DNA from: Asterias rubens
Lineage: Eukaryota
Assembly: GCF_902459465.1 (NCBI RefSeq)
Contig: NC_047081.1
Location: 9,796,001-9,860,000 of the forward strand
Direction: 5' to 3'
DNA length: 64,000 bases
In this document: positions 11,486 through 26,069 of the stretch, in pieces
Layout of the letters: every line of letters starts with the position of its first letter
Position numbering within the stretch: position 1 is the stretch's first letter
Translations under genes and position numbers: made by a program
The notes under the pieces: model-generated
Seen by the model: the letters and a program-made list of their open reading frames with translations, nothing else
Told to the model about the DNA's origin: nothing
Databases searched by the model: none

Positions 11486-13430
11486 TTTAGGGAATTGTTT
11501 GCCATGGATATTCAAACTTTGAAGAGATCGGTTTTGAAACATGGAGGCTCATCAGGGTGTTCTGTTGGGAAACAAAATCTGTTAACTGTTTGTGGTGTGC
11601 GGCATCAGCATCCAGGGACACCACATAATGTTGGTCTCTGTGGAGCGACTGTTTCATGGAAAAATTTGGGAGTTAGTTTTGGCGGAACTTGTAGTCATTT
11701 TACTTCTCGACTAGTCGCGCCTCAAATAGTCATGCTTCGATTCAATGTGTCTAGTCGATAGTTAAAATTGTCTCAATGTTAAAAAAAAAATTGTTTTCAA
11801 GCCACTTTAATTTTTTCCTTCATTTTTCTCTACTTTATTGATTAATCTCACCACAATAATATTGTCATATTGAACAAAACCTACCGTTACCTGAATATTA
11901 GTACCATGCACACCATTGTTTATCTGTATTATAATTCAGCCTGTCGGGCTGCTATATAGGCAGATTTTAATAAACAAATTAAAAAAATATAAACAAAGTG
12001 TCATATTACCACAATTTTTTGCCTATAGTGCAAAATCGTTCCGCCAAATGTCTGCTTGGTGAATTATATGTTATTTTATTTTTTACTAACATCACAAGGC
12101 TGGACTTCAAGCTAGTTAGCTTGGGCCGGGTGAACTAGACCACACGGCAGTGACACTCCACAAATGTTTACTAAAATACAAAAAACTTCATGCTAATGTT
12201 GAAAAGTTGACAAAATGCACATTAAAACTACAAGTTGTTCTCACACTCTTCACCATAAAAACAAAAAACAACAAAATTAACAGTCTTAAAATCAAATGAA
12301 CAAAATAATAGGTTGTGGTCTATACGATACATTGTATTCTGGTTAAATATTTGTTTAAATTACTTTCATTTTAGTTACAAAAAAATAACAATATTTGCTC
12401 CATGCAATATTCATGCCCCCCAAAAATATTAAATCTATATTTTAAAGAGTGTTAAAATTAAATTACCAAATAAAATATATACATGTACTCTGGTCTAAAT
12501 ATAATTATGATACATTGTATACTGTTTATAAATATAAATTGTTTAAATAAATTCAATCTTTGCTCCATATATTACGCATGCTCCAAGAAAAATTGTTTAT
12601 TATAAAAGTTTATATAACAATGTTAAAAAAACAAAATTACTCCAGATGGTGTAAATATAATATACATTCTATACTGATTTTTTACATATTCCAAATTACA
12701 AACCATTATCTTTGCTCTATTTAATGCACACATAAAAACGTTTTTAAGAGTAACCCTCTGAAAAGAGGGGTTGCACAGCACATTTTATGATCCAAAAGAA
12801 AAGTATGACCTACACATAGTTCTTTTGATGGAAATTTTGTACAAGTGGTTCCTTTCATCATGTTTTCACCTTAATTTCTTCTTTTTAAAGAAAATTTTCA
12901 CTAAAAAAATCTCTAAATTTTGCAGACAAATTATAATAAAAAGTTCAACTTAATGTTTGCACTTTATGTTCAGGGTTGACCGATAAATGGGTTTGTAAAG
13001 TTTCTAATGACCTGTGATCTGGTATTTGTACTGATTTGGGGGAAACTGGTCTAAACCTTTTTTCAAAGTACCAAGGATTTTTTACAATTAATTCAAAGGG
13101 GCACAGTGCATTCAAGTCTCTGTGTAGAACTAATCCTTATCCCCTTTTTTGCATGCACTAAAACCTTACAGTGTTTTGAAATTAGCGAGTAGTGGTTAAA
13201 AAACAAAAATTGTCCTCTGGAAATACAACCAGCGGAACTAACAGCCTGCCATTTTGAGGAGTAAATATTTTGGTTCCTAAAAATAGCCGACCGTGTTCTG
13301 TCTTGAAACTACACCAAAAACAAACAATTTCAAGAGATACTTTTTGTGAATCTTTTCTACTCTTGCAATATTTCAGAACAAAATGTTTTCATTGTTCAAA
13401 GTAGCTTGAAAGGCAACGTGTCCCTTTAAA

Positions 13431-13809
13431 GGCAATGGACACTATTGGTAAGTACTCAAAATAATTATTAGCACAAAACCTTACTTGGTAACGAGTAATG
13501 GGGAAAGGTTGATGGTATAAAACATTGTGAGAAACGGCTCCCTCTGAAGTGCCATAGTTTCCGAGAAAGAAATAATTTTCCACGAATTTGATTTCGAGAC
13601 CTCAGATTTAGAACTTGAGGTCTCGAAATCAACCATCTAAACGCACACAACTTCGTGTGACAAGGGTGTTTTTTTTCTTTCATTATTATCTCACAAGTTC
13701 GATGACCATTCGAGCTCAAATTTTCACAGGTTTGGTATTTTAAGCATATGTTGAGATACACCAACTGTGAAGGCTTGTCTTTGACAATTACCAATAGTGT
13801 CCACTGCCT
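13431..13809 (+). mobile_element. Kolobok/T2-type MITE
   Basis: Same TIRs and body as 1655-2024; ends about 10 bp from the MtnK-like stop codon. Confidence 0.85.
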
Positions 13810-13819
13810 TTATGTCTTT

Positions 13820-16800
13820 TTAAGATTTACTCTCTGTTTCTAAGATGATGTGAAGCAGGTCCTTGGTTGTTGTGATGTTGCAATATCTTTTGGTTAACAG
13901 AACTCCAATATTAAGACACATCTTCTCAGCTTTTGGTTTACCCTGGAGATCCTTCGACTGGGCAATTCCAATCATCCTGAAAGCAAGCCAAGAAACAATT
14001 ATTAAATAAGCATTGACTGTGCAAGTCTCGCGCGTTTGTAAATTTCCAGGACCAAGTTCTGACCATGAGTTTAACGGATATGGACAACACTTTTCTTCAA
14101 ATACTTTGTGGTTCATTGCTATAAACTTGCTGACTTTCCATAAAGTTCACATAGTTGCAACTGGTACCCAACTCATTTTTCATCTAGCAAAAAAATTGGC
14201 TAAGCAGTATTTTCTGCTAAACGAGTGTATGAAGTTTGGCCCTGATGTGAACAGTGATATTTTCTGCTAACAGCACAGAGTGGACCTTTGCACAGTTTCT
14301 ATTTCATAAACACTGTTAACCATGCTGTCAATCTACTCGGTCATTTATGAAATATATTTTTGCTAACGCACATTTTTTCTGCTATGACAAGCTTACCCGT
14401 AAACGGCTATATTAAATATTGCTTCGATCTCTGCAAACTTCCGCTTCCTGAGTGGTACCCAACCCCCCAAAATGTTTTATATAAACTCTTACCATTTAAT
14501 GATATGACATCCAGTGAAGCCTGCAGTCTGGGACACCAGCCTAGACAGGGCTTCCGTACTGAGATAGTCCCTTGCTTCAAGGAAATAAACTTCCACTGAA
14601 AGAAAATGAAGATACAAAACACTTCTTACTTAAAGGCACTGGACACTATTGGTTAATACTCAAAATAATTGTTAGCATAAAAACTGACTTGGTAATTTGC
14701 AATGGAGAGCTGTTGATAGAATCACACATTGTGAGAAACGGCTCCTTCTGAAGTAACGTAGATTATGAGAAAGGGGTCATTTCTCGCTCAAATACATGTA
14801 TGGCCTGAAGCCTATTTTTAGGCATCTTAAAGTCAAACATCTTAAAGTCAAACATGTGTGCAACATGAGTATTTTTTCTTTCATTATTCTCCTGCAACTT
14901 TGATGACCAATTAAGTCCAAATGTTCACATTGTTATTTTATGCATATGTTGGGACACCAAGTAAAAATACTGGTCTTTGACAATTACCAAAGGTGTCAAG
15001 TGCCTTTAATCATCAATTCAAAAGAGGGAATTGATAATGCCATTTGATGGGCTGTGATAATACATTACAGTTGACTTTGGATTGTTTTGGTCTGCAAAAC
15101 CTTCTTTCTTTTCTATATGAAGAGTTGAAGTTTCATCTCATAGTCTTTCAGGCATATCAGATACAACCTTTATGAAAACCTTGTGCTTTAAATGAATGCT
15201 CACCTGTGGTTATAATGGCCTCTCTAATTTGGTGGCAGAAGGTGGGATAGTTCTTCTCAGGATACAACAGATTAGCAGCGTAGTAAAAGAGGTAGTTAGC
15301 AAGTACGATTCCAATGTCAGCTCCTGCTGGTCCCACAGAAGCAAACTCTGCATCAATCACCTTTGACAGGAATAAACCAAGATCAAATAATTGACTCTTC
15401 TTGTAAATGAGCAATTGTATGACTTATTAGATGGCCTCAGCATTCACGATTAGACACCAACCCTCAGAAAGCTGAGAAACGATTCATGCATAATAAACAC
15501 CAAGCTGGCAACGGCCAATCTCTCATCTATGATTATTGCACACATTAAGAAGCTGTGATTCAGTAACTAGACGACAGTTCTTATTATAGTCATAGTGAAA
15601 TCAGCTTGTAACCTACGAACCTACAACCTTGTGATTGCAAGTCCTGCGGTATAACCACTTGACCACGGTTTTGAGTGGGCCGCATTACCTTAGGTGTGCA
15701 TCCATCCACCATTACAGACCCAAGATGAAGATCTCCATGGGTAAGGCATTCTTTCTGCTCTGTGAAAATATCATTAAGTGTCCGAACCGACTCAAGAACC
15801 TCTTGGTCATCACGGACACTCCGAGCAAGGTCAGTCAACTCTGCCGAGCAGTGATTGGTCGGCTCGTTGGGGTCAATCACACCGGTAAAGGTCAAGTCGG
15901 AGTTCAGAGTCACCATTTCAGTGTTTCTGTTAAAATAAACAAATGCAAAGAACCATTAAGATTTAAAATTTAATAACTGTTTGTTGGGGGCGTTTGTTTG
16001 TTTGTTGTTTGCTAACAGTTGGGGTGTTTGTCGGGGTGTTGTTTTTTTTAATTGTTTTTTAAAATCACCTGGTTATTTTTTTCACAAGGAATTACTTTGT
16101 GATTTTAGATATTTTTGTAGCTCTTTATTTCTGTGTTGTTTTTATGGACAGATGCTGAGGAGCTTGGGTAAGGGTGTAAGTGCTTGTAACCCCTCCCCTT
16201 TTTGAATCCATTTTCTTTATTGGTGTCTCTTCTTTTATGGTGTCTTTTATGGGCATTTTTACCTGTTTTTTAATATATTTTGTTGTGGTTTTTTATTTGT
16301 TGTAGGCCTACTTTTAATGCTTACTTTTTGGTAAAGCGCTTTGAGGCTCTGTGTAAGGTACTTAATAAGTATCTATTTATTGCTTTATTATTATTACTCC
16401 ATTACAAGTCACACTACCTGAATGTTGATACCATTTCTTGAAAGTCCTCTGTTGATAATGTCTTGATGTGAGTGGCACGATGTAGTCTGGCGATGAGTAG
16501 CGCGAGCTCCTTGCCGAGGGCCATGTGTAGATGACCACGACTCAATTGTGTACTCATCATTTCATAACTTCTTAGATCCTCCATGACAACTTAAAAGAAT
16601 ATTTAAAATGGACAAGGTTTCTGTCGGGTTCTCCTACCTAGGATTTTTTCAAAACTTTGGGGTATTTCGAACCCTGAATTGAATCAAGGTCTTTGGGAAT
16701 ATTTTCTACTTTGTTGTTATCTTGGTTTTAAAAGTCCTACTGTATAACATAGGGCATTTTAAACAGTTTTTATTTTGATGACTTTTGAGAATTGGATCTA

Positions 16801-19335
16801 AGGAGGAAATGGCATTAGACAGCTTTGGTAATGGACCCTTCCCATGAAATATGCTAATTACATTCACCCATGCGTACAGACCCTGTTCGGTTGGCAAACG
16901 CCATAGAGTTGTGCACTAAACAGACGCGCAATCGCGTCTGCGTCACGCACCCATTAGCCGTGTACAAAACAGCGCAATGTTCTCTCATTTGCCAACCAAA
17001 ACGTTAGTGCGCACGCGCTATGTGCAATTTACATATTTCATGGGAAGGGTCTATTAGCTTTGTGGTGAAATTCAACACAATCTTGTACAAGTATTATGTA
17101 AAGCATTTGAGGTTCATCTTTTAAGGGTCTATTGTCAAAAACCAGTATTCCCACTGGGTATATCCCAACATATGCATAAAATAACAAACCTGTGAAAATT
17201 TTGACTCGATTGGTCAGCGAAGTTGCAAGAGAATAGTGAAAGAAAGCCAAACACCCTTGTTGCACAAATTTGTGTACTTCAGATGCCCAATAAAAGGCTT
17301 CAGGCCTGAAGTCTTTTAATGTTAGAGTGAGAAATTACCTCTTTCTCAAAAACAATGTTACTTCAGATGGAGCCGTTTCTCACAATGTTTTATACTATCA
17401 ACAGCTCTCCATTGCTCAGTACCAAGTGCGCTTTTATGCTAACAATTATTTTGAGTAATTACCAATAGTGTCTACTGCCTTACCGCATTTTGTGTCCTCG
17501 TCGTAGAAGTACATTTCAGGAACTGATCCAGGGACTACCTGGTGGTATTTCCTCATGGCTAGGAATTCCACGTTGACCCTCTCGGCTCCAAGACGTTGCT
17601 CTCGACCAAGAAACTGCAAAACGTAAAACATAAATCTCCTTAAAAGTTTTTTATCTTTTGTTTTTGGCCATGCATGACCTGAATTCCTACTCACTGTGAA
17701 TGAAGATGTATGTAAATAATTTACATGTAGAAGTTTCAGCTTCATTAGTTGACAACAAAAAAGTGAAAATTACAGAGCGATTTTTTCAGGAGAGTCCCGT
17801 AAATACCAGTACTGGTTATTTATAAGTATGTTGTACATGCTAAAATAATGTTCATGACATAACTTATTTCTCAAAACCTACAGCACCTCGGCAAGTAATA
17901 TTTTAAGGGAAGCTTTCTACTATCATTATCTTCAAATCATGTAAGTTTAATATAAATCTATGGACATTGAAATTTTTGTATTAATGTATCTTTGATGTAT
18001 TTTCATATAATGTGATGGCCCCCAAATGATCAGCTGTGCTGGATGGGTTACCTCGTTAAATATCGTTATTAATAAACTAATAAATTAGATTACACACTTT
18101 GACGAATGGAGGTGCATGCTTGATAATCACAGAGTTATCCGGCTGGTCCTGCCTTAAGAGTCGGTACACTTTGTTGAGAAAGCCACCACTTATACTTTGT
18201 ACTTTACAGTCAGAGCTGAACAACTGGCAACAGAAGACAAATTAAAAACTTTTTAAATGACAGTTTAACACAAAAAAAAATTGTTTCTATAGTCTTCATT
18301 ACTGAGAAGGCATACTGTTTATTTTTTGTTAATAAGAAGGGACTATAGATTTTCAAAACTGAAATTTTTGAAGTTCATTTGTTTAATTTTTCTCTACAAG
18401 AACTGAACCAGGGAGATTACAATAAATTGTATCAGGTTTCATTAGTTTTATAACATTTCTCAAATGTTTTTAGATATAACTCTGAAACAAAAATCAACAA
18501 AGCTTTTTAAAGGCAGTGGACACTATTGGTAATTACTCAAAATAATTATTAGCATAAAACCTTTCTTGGTGACGAGTAATGGGGAGAGGTTGATGGTATA
18601 AAACATTGTGAGAAACGGCTCCCTCTGAAGTGCCATAGTTTTGGGGAAAGAAGTAATTTTCCACGAATTTGATTTCTAGACCTCAGATTTAGAACTTGAG
18701 GTCTCGAAATCAACCATCTAAACGCACACAAATTTGTGTGACAAGGGTGTTTTTTTCTTTCCTTTTTCTTATTATCTCGCAAGTTCGATTACCGATTGAG
18801 CTCAAACTTTCACAGGTTTGTTATTTTATGCATGAGTTTAGATACACCAACTGTGAAGGCTAGTCTTTGACAATGTACTGTACTGAGTAGCCAGTGCTAC
18901 CACACATTTGTGTATTAGGTGAAAACCCAAATTAATATACCTCATTAAATAGTTGGGATTGTTCTCGTTTAACTTTTAAAACTTGATGGCACCCAGTCTA
19001 CTCGTAAATTTAAATTATTGTGGCAGTTAATGTACTTTATACAACATATTATGCGAAATACACACCTTTTTAATCATCTAAATAAATTAATTATTAGAGT
19101 TAAATTAAACCAGCAAATGAGATTTACCTTTTTGTAAAAATGAGTAAAAAATGAGTGAAATTTTTCTGGGACAGCAACAAACACTCATGATCAGGTTTGG
19201 AAATAGAAAATCTACATAAAACAAAAGGTCAATAGACCAAAATACCTGTTTCTTGCCATTATCGAAAGACATTTCCCATTTCTTTCCGAAGGTTCCATTG
19301 AGGAACTTTTGAATCGCCTCTTTGCTCATATCCAT
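13820..19335 (-). CDS. Methylthioribose kinase (MtnK)-like protein, APH/choline-kinase fold, 8 exons, 390 aa
   Basis: Exons (minus): 19335-19246, 18223-18098, 17613-17484, 16589-16418, 15926-15689, 15360-15204, 14595-14493, 13976-13820. Phases are compatible and the total is 1173 nt. Motifs: SGGFLNKVY, SVIIKHAPPFV, VMEDL, CLTHGDLHLGSVMV, IDAEFASVGPAGADIG, AGFTG...IGIAQSKDL, as in MtnK/MTK1. Confidence 0.85.
14634..15005 (+). mobile_element. Kolobok/T2-type MITE
   Basis: TTAA-AGGCACTGGACAC ... GTGCCT-TTAA. Confidence 0.8.
17125..17480 (-). mobile_element. Kolobok/T2-type MITE abutting MtnK-like exon 3 donor
   Basis: Reverse-oriented family body; terminal AGGCAGTAGACAC starts at intron position +4. 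Confidence 0.75.
18511..18874 (+). mobile_element. Kolobok/T2-type MITE lacking right TIR
   Basis: TTAA-AGGCAGTGGACAC left end; homology stops after TCTTTGACAAT. Confidence 0.8.
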
Positions 19336-19593
19336 TTTAGTCAGATTCCCGAATGGTGCAAACAAACGGAGCTTTATTCACCATAAAAATCCTTGAACAA
19401 TGTACATCGCAAGGAAACAGGAGGTCCACTCAAAAAATCAGCATGTATTACAACAATGACATGGGAAGTTAAGACTCGTAGGAATTATAGCAGTGTTGAA
19501 CTTGAAGTGATTTGTTGCTGTGAAAAGACTTCAAACAAATTCATCCGACAAAATGCTCGTAGCTAGCTGACTACAATAGAAAATATGTTCCAA

Positions 19594-19937
19594 GTTTGTT
19601 TCTGACTACACACACTAAATTATCTCAGTTCTTGTAGACCATAAACGACTAACAAACTTAAGTCAAATTCCTTCAATGCATTCTAGCGTAATATTCCCAC
19701 TCACTATCCAAACTGTATCCATACATTGTACATAAGTGATGATGGTGACTAATGAAGCAAAGATTTGTTTGTTTCTGACTACACACACCAAATTATCTCA
19801 GTTCTTGTAGACCATAAACGACTAACAAACTTAAGTCAAATTCCTTCAATGCATTCTAGCGTAATATTCCCACTCACTATCCAAACTGTATCCATACATT
19901 GTACATAAGTGATGATGGTGACTAATGAAGCAAAGAT
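19594..19937. repeat. 173-bp direct tandem duplication
   Basis: 19594-19764 vs 19767-19937; one substitution seen (ACTAAAT/ACCAAAT). Confidence 0.9.
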
Positions 19938-20746
19938 ATTTCACAGAAGAAAATTTCTCATCGATAAAATTCCCCTCTGTTTGACGACTTAAAATTATGT
20001 TAATACCATTGTGTCTGCCTACTGGTAGATTGGTGGAAGGAAACAGGAAACACACTGCTCTGTGGTGCTGTGTGCTGTGTTGGCTAGACGATAATTGTTA
20101 TATTTTCGACTTCATTTCTTTGTTTGGTAGACCAATTGTAAATGTTAGGTTTGCTAACCGATATCAAAGTCCAAGTTTGCCCCATAAAATTAGGGCCTAT
20201 CCACTGTGAGTGTGAATGAAGCTTCATGTCAAATGTTTAATTTTAGACTGTAGTACATTGTAAAAATAAACATTCTGTACTCGAAAGGTGTACTACCTAG
20301 TAACTCCATGCTATATATCCAGATACGGTCTCGAAGATCGAAAACAAAAGTTAAAAGAATTGTCCTCAGGTGCGAGCTCCCAAAAAGAGTTTGGAAAGGA
20401 AATACGCCTACCTTGCTTGGTTATTTTAATAGTATACTGCTTCAGTTTTCAATTGATAAACTCAAAAGACCTTGTTAGACCTAATGCCTGGCTGAACTTC
20501 TACAACTGATCACTACTTTTTTTGTTGTAAACAACGTCCGGCCGTCCATGGAGGTAGGTATAGAAATGTAGGCCTACGTGTAGGTTTTGTATGAAACTTG
20601 TTTACACGACCAAGCACGTTGTATAGACCATGCCACCTGACCGGTGTTCTGGATCACGTGGCAAAACAAATTTAAAATGTATAAAAAAATAGCTCTTGCA
20701 TATTTTCTTTCTTGAGAGGGCGCTGTTTGTCAGTAGTTGGTTCAGT

Positions 20747-20779
20747 AAAATGGCGGCTTCAATATGAGATTGAGAGGAG
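20747..20779 (+). promoter_or_regulatory. Putative non-coding first exon of ATG5 with YY1 motif
   Basis: AAAATGGCGGC at 20747-20757, then donor GAG|GTGAGT at 20780. Acceptor ACAACAG near 21990, upstream of the ATG. Confidence 0.5.
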
Positions 20780-21442
20780 GTGAGTTGAAGTTTCAGATCG
20801 GAGGTAGAATACCACATTTTTTCAGCATTATTTTTTATGTCACGATAGATGATGATCTTGTTCTGTAGAATTGGTGTAAATTCTCTCTCTGTGGCGACTT
20901 GAGCAGCGGAATAAAACCATGGAGCTATCATCATGATAAAACTTACTTATTTTTGTATAAATAAGTGTAAAATTTATTAAATTAAAATGCTTAAAAAAAT
21001 TAATGTCATAAAAATTGAACTAAGATGAAATTAAAAAATGATATTTTTTAATAAATCAAATTAATTATTAAATTTAAATATTATTAAATATATAAATCAT
21101 CAATTGAAATTAGTGTTGTATCAAAATTGAACTTGTTAATAACGATCATTATAATAAATCGTATAATAAATAGATAGTCCGCGTCCGTAGTCCTACAACT
21201 TTTGATGAGGTTCGTTCTGCTATCGTCGCGATAGCACAACTAGTGTGAGGGGATCCACTATATGAGGTTTGTTTGCTATCGTCTCCCTTCACGGGAGACG
21301 ATAGCGGAACAAATAGCAGAAGGAACCTCATAGTTCTAGGAGTACTGGGGGACCTGGGACTGTGGAAGTAGAAGTAGCTGGCAGTGTTCTCCACATATGG
21401 CGGCGTTAAGACCACCCTGCAGTGCATAATCCCAGCCCCGGC

Positions 21443-21529
21443 TAGCCCACCTTGTTGAGCTGTTAATGGCTCCGCTTTTAACATCGGTCTCATCACTGTC
21501 ACCATATGATAGCTCAACAAGGTGGGCTA
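21443..21529. mobile_element. 87-bp foldback element, 19-bp perfect TIR (TAG...CTA), 9-bp TSD AGCCCCGGC
   Basis: TAGCCCACCTTGTTGAGCT / AGCTCAACAAGGTGGGCTA; direct repeats at 21434-21442 and 21530-21538. Confidence 0.75.
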
Positions 21530-21636
21530 AGCCCCGGCATGGTGGGCGTGTATCACGATCCTGGCCAGCTCCCAACATTCAGGCTGATTGTATTTGTTAC
21601 AACCCCGCACAATCCCAGTCCTGGCATACAGGTCAT

Positions 21637-21698
21637 TAGTTGCGATAACGTAACCCTCCTCCCGATGGCGTAGCCGGAGGGTTACGTTATCGCAACTA
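21637..21698. mobile_element. 62-bp foldback element, 23-bp perfect TIR (TAG...CTA), 9-bp TSD ACAGGTCAT
   Basis: TAGTTGCGATAACGTAACCCTCC / GGAGGGTTACGTTATCGCAACTA with a 16-nt loop; direct repeats at 21628-21636 and 21699-21707. Confidence 0.75.
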
Positions 21699-22022
21699 AC
21701 AGGTCATTAGTGGTAAAACATTTTCCAACTCTGCATTTGGGCAATTTTTGGAATCGGATTATAGAAAATCATAGCAAGTCACTGAATCTGTGGGATACAC
21801 AAACATTTGTCTCGGACATTAGTATAGCCTAACTATTGCTCGTTTACTTAAATTTTGCAGTATTGAATCAAGAGCCTGCTGTAAAAAGAATTCATTAAAA
21901 AAGAAATGTTGTACTAATTGCCAGAATAGGTTTGGTTGCTTTTTGTTTTATTTTTTCATTTTAAATTTGCTAATTTTTATTGTTACAACAGAATGACGAC
22001 TGAAAAATAATAGCCAAACAAT

Positions 22023-26069
<4,047 letters not shown>

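Noticed and set aside
12320-12735. Three degenerate ~170-bp AT-rich repeats
   Set aside because: Highly diverged and low complexity; no structure or function could be supported.
20840-20940. ATGATGA C-box-like motif suggesting a C/D snoRNA
   Set aside because: No properly spaced CTGA D-box or terminal stem.
21149-21578. ORFs of 123 aa and 80 aa in the GC-rich island
   Set aside because: Explained by stacked foldback elements; no recognisable domain or splice signals.
21628-21711. CRISPR-like or prokaryotic terminator interpretation of hairpins and direct repeats
   Set aside because: Eukaryotic intron context; no repeat-spacer array or cas genes.
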